A DNA stretch of 64,000 nucleotides, taken from positions 57,639,023 to 57,703,022 of the forward strand of contig NC_057719.1 in assembly GCF_004010195.1 (NCBI RefSeq), in the 5' to 3' direction. The DNA comes from Chiloscyllium plagiosum (Eukaryota). This document shows, one piece after another, positions 1 through 10,776 of this stretch (the stretch's first letter is position 1; each line of letters starts with the position of its first letter). A program made the translations under genes and the position numbers. Below the pieces are notes generated by a model. The model saw only the letters and a list, made by a program, of their open reading frames with translations. It ran no database searches and had not been told where the DNA came from.

Positions 1-2921
1 TTAACTTCCTGATGCCTCTCTAGTGAGATTCAAACGCTGCTTTGATTCCTGACGAGATGTGATGACAATGGGTCATTTTGCATGATATTGCCATGGTTGT
101 TGCAATGCCGTTCGCTCAGTTTGTTTCCTTAGACACTAGTTAAACAACGAAATTATTGATGTGTGCAAAAGTATTTGATAGTACACCGACATAATGCGAT
201 CGGTTATTCGGTTTTACTTGTCATCCTTCTCATGATATTATCTTGTCCTTTACAGGTATAATGAGGCGATTGTAACAGCAACGTTTCCCTGTACGGAAAC
301 ACAGACACTGGCGGTGTGGATGGGGAATGGGGATGGGATTAAATCAATCCATAACGTTTAGTCTGAGAGCACTTACCTGAAGTATTGTTGTGTCCAGTTA
401 AGTGCAGAATACGACTTGGGAAAACAAAGTAAATATGCAGGTGCCCAAAATGGTTCAAATTATGTTCAGAATGCAATGAGCCACAGTCATGAGCGTCCCC
501 CCCCCCCCCCACGTAACCTTATTATTAGCACTTCAACATTCACGCTATCACATGTTTACTCTAACATATCCCCAAGGTCATCCAATTTCCTGGTTGAATA
601 TGCCAAATTGGGTTCAGATGAGGTCTTCAGCAAACACAACTTGAAGGCCGACGTGAGAGAAGGCTAACCAGTTTATTTTCCAAACAAGCCATCTGGATAT
701 CCTGATGGGAAATATTCTTTTTGGAGATCGTTCGAAGCCTCAAATATAAATTTCTCAGTCTCACGCTAGCAGAAGTTTTTAGGATTTCTGAAACTCTCGA
801 GAGAAAGAATCATGACGATAGGGAGAAGCAACTTTTTTGTAATACAGTGGTAGAACGGACAGGGCTCATCCACTTTACTGGTCAGCAATCTTTCCAAATA
901 CCATGCCATTGCATTGCAATCTAAGTACGAGCTACAAAATAATTCGGCATTGTTTCACTTTCTTCCTTTACTTGGACGCATCACCTTCGGGAATCTAACA
1001 AAAGTCACCTGTGATAGTGCGCTGTGGTGCTCTGACGAAGATTGTGTTTCGATTTCCTGCGGAGTTAAGCTAATTGAAATGTATACATCATTACGGAATT
1101 CTCCTCAATCTATACCTGCCGCGCTAATTGAAGTTTCGGAATCTTTTTAAAATTGCATAATGAACAATGAAATGACGTATTTTGAACTACTGTAACACTT
1201 TTTCTCATTGTTCCTTATTTCACCTTAAGTTGCCTTCACTAGAAACTTTTCATTCAACTACAGTTCTCAGAAGTGAGCGAAATTTACCTTGTGCTATTAT
1301 ACCATAGTTAGACGTTCACAAATCACGGAACAGAACAGAAATGTTACATTAAGTATTGCTGGTTGGTTTGTTATCTGTTTAATCACCTTTATTCTACAAA
1401 TCAATGAATTGCAATGAGCGTTGTTGGCAAATTGTAGAACTGTTTGTCACCATCACAATTCGCGCGAACAAGTTAATCAAATCCTGTTGCAAAGTTCTTT
1501 GTTAAAATCTAACAATGAGTGAAGAGATTTAAATGTATCCTCGGTTAATGACCAAATAGAAAAGGAGAGAGAATCCCAGAAAATGCGAGCACATCTTTAT
1601 CCATTTCCAGCGTGTCTTTGGCGCACGATTTCGCCTGTTGGTTCTGTGTAACTAAATTTCAAACATGTTTATGAAGAACGGGTTTATGATTTATTTCTAC
1701 AAAACATCTGGGGGAATATATCTCCTCTTGTGCGTCTAAAGTCTTTTAACAATATTTTTAAACGATAGGATTTTAAATAATGAAAAGTTCAGGAATAAGG
1801 TATTATTTTTAAATGTATATATCTGTTGCCAATAAATTAACTGATATTACTGCCACTTCAGAAACAAATTTTTATAATCTTAGGTAATTTAGTAGTCAAA
1901 CAGAAGTGCATTGTTTTCTCATGATAAAGTATGAAGGTGGTTTCATGTCTCGAAACTATGAGCATGTTATTTAGTAATATTTTAAAAGAATGCGCGATTC
2001 ATAGTAAGAATTGAGTGCAGAAAATTCTCGTCGACAATTATACATACTGACTTCACTGTGACCAGCATTCAAGAAAAAGATTGAAGTTGATATTGGGCAA
2101 TGTTAATTGCCTTTTTTCATCAGTACATAGCAAGTATGTATTCACAATAATGCATTTATGTTTAAATCCCAATTCTCAGCAGAATAAGTGATGTGAAGGG
2201 TTAAATCTGTTTAAGTTCAGAGAAGAATTTGCTTATTCTCCTTTTAAAAAAAGAGTAAAGATAACTTTGTTTTATATAATCCAACAATTTAAACCATGCA
2301 TGAAAATTAGGAGATTACATTTCCATCGTCAATGTAACGGTTGGCATACATGGCACTCCCCCACCCCGTAAACGTGCTTGCACAATCTCGATTTAAAGGA
2401 GAAAGTTAACTTTGTCATATAATTAAATAAAAATCATAAGGAAAGAATTGCTTTCACTTCCAGGTGGAGCGTCTGTAGGACAACTGTTACACAACAATTT
2501 TAAAAATGAACTTCTTTCTGGAGAAGATAATTTAGGTCGAACGCATTTATCTCACAAAATTTGTCTAATGAATGCGTTCAAATCATTCAATATTAAAATT
2601 AGGACCAATTCTAACAAGACAATTGAAAGTGTTCAGGTCGAATCTGAACAATATTTCGCATTAGTTTCCAACAGAGGACATGGTGCAACTAATCCATTCA
2701 TGCACTTTGCCAGTGAGAAGGAGTGAGTTACCTTTTGCACTTTGCATTGAGAAAGTAGAAATATCAGCATTGACATTTATTGGGAATGAATATGGTAAAA
2801 AGACAGTTGCTATTATATCTAATACTTTCAAACCAAGGTTTTGTTATATGGAGGATCCGTTTGCATCATTTTCCCCCAGACACAATATGTAGCAAATCAA
2901 TCTGTGACTACTTACTGTCAT

Positions 2922-2927
2922 TTTATT
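2922..2927 (-). terminator. Candidate polyadenylation signal of NKX2-8
   Basis: First AATAAA I could find on the minus strand after the stop, about 350 nt downstream. Confidence 0.4.
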
Positions 2928-3278
2928 TTCTCAAGCAGGCAACTACAACGTATAAAGCACGAGAGCTGCTTTGTTGGCATTTTCTATGCCTGAAGAGGAA
3001 TAATTTAGATTTTTCTATCTCACATCCAAGAATTTATGAACCATCTACATTGCTTTTGGAGGACGGGTTATGCACGATAGAAAGATATCAGTTACATTTC
3101 AAAAGTGGTCAAAAGAAAAATCTGGAAAAGGACCTTGAAATGCTTTTGTGCAGAAAATACCAAAAAATACAATTACAACGGAAAATTCGACCATTCACAA
3201 ACCCACTGAACTATATAAGCAATTATTTGATACATGGAGTAACAACAGTAATTAACTTTAGTTTAGAATGTCCATGTT

Positions 3279-3820
3279 TCACCAGCTCCACTGTTGTCTC
3301 CGTATTCCAGGATGTGTTAAGTGATGATAGCTGGGAAAGACGCCAAATGGTCCAGTGTGCTGTACCTGTTGAAAACCATGGACTGTGAAAGCAGTGTAGG
3401 AATGATTGGGTTGAACAGTGTCGCCGGGCTTGTCCTGGATTTGTACGGAGGCAATGGAGCAAGAATGACAGGGTTTGCCATCTCTGACCAGCACTGGCAC
3501 TGCCACTCTGCGGAACAGTTGCGGCTGGCTCATATTTATCTGCAGGCTGCTATCCACACGGGCTCTCTTCATTTTATACCTGTGGTTTTGGAACCAGATC
3601 TTCACCTGAGTCGGGGTAAGGCTCAAAAGGTGAGCGAAGTGTTCGCGTTCAGGGGCGGATAGGTAACGCTGTTGTTGGAATCTTCGTTCTAACTCAAACG
3701 TTTGCGCTTTGGAGAACAGAACTCGCCGTTTTTTCTTCTTCTCATTCCTCGTGATGGATGAACAGCCTTTTCTTTGATGACAATCTGCGGGAGCTGTATC
3801 CGTGTTGCTGTCATCAGAGG
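3279..3820 (-). CDS. NKX2-8: NK2 homeobox gene, coding exon 2 (homeodomain 3558-3737, NK2-specific domain 3468-3512)
   Basis: [60 protein letters not shown] has the NK2-diagnostic Tyr54; NK2-[18 protein letters not shown]-terminal QQWSW, TGA at 3281-3279. NKX2-2/2-8 subfamily; the short N-terminus and AWL.S motif favour NKX2-8 (nkx2.9) over NKX2-2. Confidence 0.92.
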
Positions 3821-3921
3821 CTGCAAGGAAACATTTTCCGGTTAAAATTTCTTGCGATACTTCATCAGAGTCCAAGATACTAAATTCGCACGGAAAACGA
3901 AATTCGAATTGGTATACTTAC
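3821..3921 (-). other. 101-nt phase-1 GT-AG intron of NKX2-8
   Basis: Donor GTAAGT, acceptor TTCCTTGCAG. Splicing gives ...[14 protein letters not shown]... in frame with the homeobox; total CDS 744 nt = 247 aa + stop. Confidence 0.88.
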
Positions 3922-4123
3922 AAATCTTGTCAGAGCCAAGCCACGCCGAAAATGATAGTTTCGAAAAGTGATGGTGTGAGGTTTGGCCTGATTCTTTCTT
4001 AATGGCAGTCGATTGTATCGCTTTGTCACTTCCTTGATCCCATTGATCTAGACGGTCAATTTCATGCTGATCAGGTAAATTTAAAATACTGCGCACAGTG
4101 AAACTCGCCCTGCTTAGCGACAT
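3922..4123 (-). CDS. NKX2-8: NK2 homeobox gene, coding exon 1 (TN/eh1 motif SFTVRSILNL)
   Basis: ATG at 4123-4121. MSLSRASFTVRSILNLPDQ...SAWLGSDKI parallels the NKX2-8 N-terminus as I recall it (SFTVRSLLDLPEQ...AAWLDSE). Ends at a phase-1 donor T|GTAAGT (3921-3916). 202 nt. Confidence 0.9.
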
Positions 4124-4267
4124 GTTAACAAATTATCAGCGTTCACCGAAATTTTGAGAGAAATGAATTACTTGCAGTTTAAAGCCCTCTCCGTGAATAG
4201 GAGGTACGATTATACCTCGCTGCTTAATGGTACAGCAGTAGCGAGTCTTTTACAGAAGCGTCCTGTG

Positions 4268-4277
4268 TTTATATAAA
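4268..4277 (-). promoter_or_regulatory. Candidate TATA box of NKX2-8
   Basis: Palindromic TTTATATAAA about 145 nt upstream of the ATG. Confidence 0.55.
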
Positions 4278-4484
4278 CAGTCCTCTTCACCGCCAACAGT
4301 GGCAACCTTCAGATGGTGTCTGACCACAGGATACCAAGTACCTGCATCAGTCAAGTGCCAGAGCATTAATGTGAGTAAGTGTAACCTTACCAGAGAATTA
4401 CCCGGCACTTCCTGAATGACAGCAGGAAACAGGCTTCATCGTTACATATTCTGCCTGATTAGCAAAGAACGTAGTGAACAGATA

Positions 4485-4630
4485 ATGGTAATTGTGTTAG
4501 TGAATTAGTGAATTACATCTTGGGTGGTTAGTGGTGGCCACAACCCTTCCCCCTTCCCCATTATTTGCATACAAAGTAAAGAAGCAGTGACAGATTTCTC
4601 CAGTTCATTTAATTACTTATTCACTTGTTA
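4485..4630. promoter_or_regulatory. Candidate Shh-responsive proximal enhancer (Gli + octamer + Sox + homeodomain sites)
   Basis: TGGGTGGTT (4521-4529, one mismatch to Gli TGGGTGGTC), ATTTGCAT (4563-4570) abutting ACAAAG (4571-4576), several TAAT/ATTA cores. Confidence 0.55.
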
Positions 4631-7555
4631 ACTAACCCATGAGTGTTATTTAACGTGAACTGGACGCGCTGTATTTACTGCAATTAAATACATAAGGTGC
4701 ATTTTCCGCCCTCAGCATCTCCTTTTTGAAACTATGACAAATGGGAATTCCCATGACAGAATTTACAACCGATATGAAGTATTGGTTTTGCAGGGAACAT
4801 TACGCCGGATATCGAAACTAGCGAATCAATATCGAGCCACAGACAACTGCGAGGAGTAACAAAATGTACAATGTTTAGCTGGTCTCATTTAATGAAGCAT
4901 TTATTAATCATTTGGATAGAAAATATTCGGACAGATTCATTTATATTTAAAAAGTGAATAGATGCCAATTAAGGAATACTGTACGGTTTTAGCAGAACTT
5001 TTTTTTTGCTCAAGACTACTTGTTTCTCAAAGAAAATCACTACATTTGATAACTTAGTTAAAAACTGAACTTCTTCGATGTTCTTTACACTAAACTCGAG
5101 TTGGCCATCTTTCTGATCATTTCTGTTGGTAATCTTCAGGCAAAGATTCCCATGCCATGCCTATTTGTGCCACCTATCAAGTCTGCTTCTGTGACAGTGC
5201 TCCATGCTCCACAAACTCCCTCACAACGTCCTGGGTGGTCGAAAGTGGGAGAACATAAATACATGCCAACTGCTAGGCTGCAAACAATAGAAGAAATGTA
5301 GACCATCGTCCCGGACCTGTTGGAAGCATTTGTTCCAGTCAAGATTTTGCATTTGTTCAGTCATCAAATAATAGATGATTGACGCCTCAACACAATGTGC
5401 TTTAACTTTTTGGGATAAGTCCGAGTTTGTTCCTTGTTGTCATGGTTTTCAATGGAATTAAAAAGGATTTGGCTGCTATCGACATTGCTTCTCGCCTAAT
5501 GCTGCCAAGTGCATAAAAATTATTACTTATATCGTTTAGAATCAAATAGGATTTTCTAAAATGTAAAATAATGTAACGTAAAGGATTATTCACTCTGCAG
5601 AAAAGATGGACTAACGCGTCTATTACCAATACATTTTTCTCATTTTTACAAGTTTAGCACATCTATTGCAGTGGTAATTTTTGGAATTGTAGGTAATATT
5701 AAATAACAGGACAAAACGTTTGCCTTTATGTTTGAGTAAAATCGTTACGATTGTAGTATTTTGAACATTTCACTTGTCGGGTTGCTGGATTTCAATGCAC
5801 TCTAGTTTCAGCAAAATTTAACACAGTTATTACAATGTTATTGCATGACGGGGAACAGCTCATGTTGCATAACAACATAATGCGTTGTGATGTTCACAGT
5901 TCTTATATTAACATGTTGCTCACGGGAAAGTTGGAAAGCGAGACATGATCATTTTCTGCTGAGACTGAGTGGTGTGGTCGTGTTATTCCATCTCAACTGA
6001 AGACCGGCTGATGTAAGCGCCGTTGACACCTTTTTCAAGATTGCAAACCAGTTAGCCCTTGGTCTTAAATGAAAAATCTTGGCAGATTGCTTTTATATTC
6101 TCGCCGTCATTTACACTGTAGCATAGGTTTACTATCACAGTGCAATGGAAATGCAGTTTCAAAAAAATCCTCTTCGGTAAAACACATTTACAGCCTCGAT
6201 GACCTCTTGTAGCCCTTTAATCTATTTAACATCTGAAGAATACAACGAAGTACAGAAATAAGCAAACAGATACACTTACAAGCTTAAGGACTCTTCACCA
6301 TCAAATGTTTGCTTTTGATTCTAAAACATCTAGCGGCTGCATGAATATTTGCTGCCGCGAAGGTTTTTGAAAGCAAAGAAAACTCAGGCTTTCAGCTTTT
6401 ACGTGCTATGTGTTCGCAAACTTAGAGAAAACTGTTCGAGTGAATAGGTAGCTGGCTCTGAGAATCAAAAATTATATTTAATTTTAGTTATTTACATACT
6501 GGGTTTCATAGGTTCCCTTGACAGGTTAGGGACGTTTTAACATCAGATTTCATCCATGTATCCAGAAAAAATAACTAATTGACCTTTGACTCAGATGTAA
6601 ACTTTTGCAAAATTTACGGATTTGCTTTAATGGTAAACGTACTGGATTACATTTCTATGAACTTTAATTCTGCATGTTTGTATTGTACAAAACAGGTGAC
6701 AGGTTACTGGAGTTCCACGCGATTCTGAAGATCTAATTAGGTGTGATTAGAAGGGACTAATAGCGCAACACAATCTGGGAACAAACAGTATGAGGGTGTA
6801 CATTTATTGGAAAATCGATTATTACTTCAATTTGGGCTAGTGAATAAGGAGGCTTGGTGAAAATGTAGTAATGTTCCATTTCTGCGGTAGCAACCAAAGA
6901 CAACTAGAGCCCTATGTTAAGGAAAAAAGTGAGGTATGTTTGCAGGGTTGCCAATTTTGCTTCCTGAGTGCCTCAGGCTGGTGGCAGCATAATTGGTTCC
7001 GACGAAGCAGTGCTTCGTTTATTGGCTCTCATTCCAATTCTCACGCTAGACCAGCTCTCTCTCTCTACAATCGTTTATAACAAAATCAGACCACTATTCA
7101 GTGTCTGTATTGTGATTAAATTTATAGGGCAGCTGAACTTACTAACCATAAGAAGAATAAACTCTTGTACTACAGCTTTTAGGTCTTAATGGTCGCGGCC
7201 CGTCGTTGAGTCACAACATTCGGGATTTAAAAAAAACAGCCCAGAGATTTAAACGGAGAATCTAAAATCACCGTCCTTTTCTTGAGAGGTGCTGCTTATC
7301 GGCGATGCTGTTAAGAGAAACACAACTTGCCTTCTCAGGTCATGAAAAAAATAAATCCCCAGGCTATATTTGAAGAAATGCGATGTTCTCTGAACCAATA
7401 ATTGTCCCTCAGCGAACATCTCGCACACAAAAATGGTCTGTCGCTTATTTCTTTTCGATTTGGAAGATACCTGAGTACAAATTAGCTGCCACGTTTCAGT
7501 CCAACAGTAAGTGCGCTTCAATTGTTACGCCCGTCAGCTGTGAAGTTTTCGGGAC

Positions 7556-7820
7556 TTTTTATTCATTTACAGGACGAAGGCCAGCATTCGTTGCTCTTCC
7601 CTAGCTGCAGTCAGGATAGCAATTTCCTTCCCTGGAGGGCATTAATGAACCCGCTGGCGGTTTCCCGATAAGGGATAACGGTTTCATCATTAGACTCTTG
7701 ATGCCAGACTCTTGTTGACCTCAGATTCCACTATCAAGCCTGGCGGGATTCGAACCCGCGTCCCCAAAGCATTACTCGGTCCCTGGATTAACAATCCAGC
7801 GATAACACCAATAGGCCATC
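7556..7820 (-). mobile_element. tRNA-derived Deu-type SINE (SacSINE1-like)
   Basis: A box TGGCCTATTGG (7818-7808), B box GGTTCGAATCCC (7756-7745), Deu-like GTTCATTAATGCCCTCCAGGGAAGGAAATTGC, LINE-like tail ending ATGAATAAAAA. Confidence 0.75.
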
Positions 7821-9649
7821 ATCTCATAAAATGCAATGCTCCCTTTAAATGGATGAAAGATTAAGCCGTGCTATTAAATTTAATCTACATTGCAATTTTT
7901 GTTTATTTTTAAAATCTATATTTAACTTGAAGACTATTACTACTGGGAATAGCAATAAATTTTATCCAACCAGATCACTCTAAAAGTGGTTAGGTCCTGT
8001 AGTAAAAAGAAAATCAAAAGTAACCAAGACAAAATGTAAATCTTGCAAGTTTTAAACAGCAACATTTATTGCATATTTATATAATATGGTGTTAGTCTCC
8101 ATTATGACCATCTAACTGAGCAATGATCTGCAGAGAGGGGCTGGTGAATGAAATAAAAAAGTCAAATTTAAACAGTGAGGTGTTTATTGGTATATGCAAC
8201 TCATGTCTGCTACTGAAAGAAGCAAAAATAGGCCATGGATTTGTTCTGTGAAAAGAAGGAAATTCAGAAGTAACTGTGGGTAATGAAGAGAATTAAACAG
8301 CTCTTGCCATGATTGAGGGAGATGAATTGTTCAAAACAATGAGAGAGCTTGTGACTGTTCCAAGAGACTAATGACTTTTCTGTAGAGAATATGTGGAAAC
8401 TTTTGTGCTTTGTTGCTCATTTCTATGTTTAAAAAAACTCATAAATTATCTGCAACAGGTATGGTTACGAATGGGAAAATTCTTTTTGAAAATGAAATTG
8501 TCTGGAACCAGACAAAATTCCTTGGAACAGGTTGATCATGTGCAGTTAGTGCAGTTCCTGTCTCTGAACTTTAGCAAAAGGTAAGTTTAGGGCCAGGAGG
8601 ACGTACAGAGAGCTAGCAGAGTTCATGATAGACCTTTCACAGCACATAAATATTGTGAAGAGAAAAGAACTCTTGGTTGGATGCCTCATGTGTAACAAAA
8701 GAGTTTGGGAAAAAGTGATTAAAACACCTAACAAAAAAAAACATAGCTATTAGAAAGAAGCAGGATAACTACTTTCAGTATTTGCAGCTTTTACTTAAAA
8801 AAGACTCAAACGTTTTCTTTCAGTCTCTGAACATATATGTGAATTTGTGAAGGTTTGCTGCTAGTCTGATTTTTTTGTGTTAGCAGTGATACTATAAACT
8901 GACAATATTTTCAACAGAAACTGGTGCTGCTTTTTGTTTTGGCTTTTGAACTAATTTGGAGTAATTGACATACTGAGTGCCTGGTTAAAATATCAAATGA
9001 TGGAACTGGTTTTCTGTAGAGGAGGACTGCATTGGAGTGCCCACAATGCTGCTAAGGAGAGAATTCCAGAACTTTGACAGAACAATTGAAAATTGTGTGA
9101 ACAGTTCTTAGCTGCATATTTTGATACTTGCATAAAAAATTATCACTTACAGTTTTAATGAATTACAGAAATCAGTACTACAGTGAATTTATACATGAAT
9201 TGTTGTTTAAAATTGGAGCCCTCCCATAATGTGAAAGTTAAGGTAATACTGTTAGGAAGAAAATAAAGATGCTTGTTTGAATTTATTTTGACATATTACA
9301 AATGAAAATGAAGTACAATATTATTTTTGAGACTACTTGCAGAGAAGGGCCTAAAAATGAGAAGAGCCCTCGCAGAAGAGTGCGGGGAGGAGCAGGTGTT
9401 TGCGCACAATGTCATTTTTCTCAGCTCAGTGCGCATTCATGTGTAAGTAAAATGTCAGATTGCATGGGCAGAAGGGCAGAAAGTTCTGTCCCCTACTGGT
9501 ACCATGCATGATCCAAATTCCAAGTGCTATAATTAACCATATCCAGACAGTACTTCACATTAGGCAACACAGGAGCATCACTCAATTTCTGCTCATCATC
9601 TCCGTCCATTCTACAGATGTCAGAGGCGAGTGAAAAACAGTAGCCTAGT

Positions 9650-9800
9650 TCCATAGAAAGTCTCCTTAAGGTTGCGTGGAGAAAAAGAGATGTATTTTTC
9701 TCTTGGAATGGTAATAAACAGACAAAAGTAGTCTGGACAGAGATGGCTGTGCGGTTTAGTGCCAAGGATAAATTGGATAATCTGCTGAGTCTTGCCAAAA
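9650..9800 (+). mobile_element. Degenerate Myb/SANT-like coding remnant, probably PIF/Harbinger transposon
   Basis: Frame from 9662 reads LLKVAWRKRDVFF...TKVVWTEMAVRFSA..KLDNLLSLAK, resembling Harbinger-associated Myb/SANT proteins. Confidence 0.35.
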
Positions 9801-9954
9801 TATATACTACTGTACATTTAAAGACAGTATTTCAAATATGCCATTGCACAGAACTTTCTTATACAAGATTGGGTGCCAGGCATCTCCAGCAGATGGTTTG
9901 TGTGTAATTAATGTCTGTCACTTCATTGTAGCTACCAATGTGGCACTACTTGCA

Positions 9955-10255
9955 GGGGCATGATGGCATTGTGCTTTTGCCTGTGGACTAGTTAAACAGA
10001 GATCCAGGAAATGCTCTGGGGCCAGGGTTTGAATTCCACAATGGCAGATGGTGAAGTTTGGAACAATACTGTTGTTCCCACAGTGTCACTAGGTCAAAGT
10101 TCTGGAATTCTCTCATTAGCAGCATTGTGGGCACTCCAATACCAAATGAACTGCAGCTGTTCAAGAAGATCACTCATCACCACCTTCTCAAAGCCATCTA
10201 GGTATGTGCAATGAATGCTGGCCCAGCCAGTAAAGCCTACATCCCATAAATTAGT
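9955..10255 (+). mobile_element. tRNA-headed SINE with long LINE-derived 3' tail and no Deu domain
   Basis: Head homologous to 17535-17640 (B-box-like GGGTTTGAATTCC near 10025); remainder homologous to LINE 3' end 24650-24838. Confidence 0.7.
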
Positions 10256-10294
10256 TTTGTAAAAATGTGCAAATGATTCTACCCATCTTCCAAA

Positions 10295-10462
10295 GTTTTT
10301 TTTTCATTTGTTCATGGGCGTAGGCATTGCTGACTAAGAATTTATTGCCAATCCTTAATTGCACAGAAAACAGTTAAAAATGAACTACATTGTTGTTGGT
10401 TCAGAGTTAGATGTTGATCAGAATAAGCAAGAGCAGCAGATTTTGTTCCTTAAAAGACATTA
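10295..10462 (-). mobile_element. Deu-type SINE fragment, cut off by the HE1 SINE
   Basis: Degenerate tail plus Deu-like block homologous to 17725-17820. Confidence 0.55.
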
Positions 10463-10776
10463 TTTAGATTAGATTCCCTACAGTGTGGAAACAGGGCCTT
10501 CTGCCCAACAAGTCCACAATGACCCTCCGAAGAGCAACCCACCCAGACATATTCCCCTACATTTACCCCTAACACTACGGGCAATTTAGTTTAGTCAATT
10601 CACCTAACCTGCACATCTTTGGACTGTGGGAGGAAACTGGAGCACCTGACAGAAACCCACGCAGACATGGGGAGAATGTACAAACTCCACACAGGCAGTT
10701 GCCCAAAGCAGGAATTGAACCCAGATCCCTGGCTGTGTGAGGCAGCAGTGCTAACCACTGAGTCACTGTGCCGCCC
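10463..10776 (-). mobile_element. HE1-like V-SINE (tRNA head, V domain, CR1-type tail)
   Basis: GGGCGGCACAGTGACTCAGTGGTTAGCACTGCTGCCTCACA...GGTTCAATTCC head, V domain GTGTGGAGTTTGTACATTCTCCCC...GGTGCTCCAGTTTCCTCCCACAGTCCAAAGATGTGC, tail GGCCCTGTTTCCACACTGTAGGGAATCTAATCTAAA. Confidence 0.9.

Noticed and set aside
2780..3388. 202-aa plus-strand ORF
   Set aside because: TTG start, no recognisable domain, antisense to the NKX2-8 C-terminus and 3' UTR.
3821..3875. MDSDEV... N-terminus of the 198-aa ORF, or an alternative acceptor near 3881
   Set aside because: TTG start inside the intron; the upstream AG would give a ~40-nt intron and the wrong frame, while the 3821 acceptor restores homology.
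7740..7820. tRNA genes at the A/B-box motifs (also 9960, 10700, 17540)
   Set aside because: No complete cloverleaf or T-run terminator; each continues into SINE/LINE body sequence.
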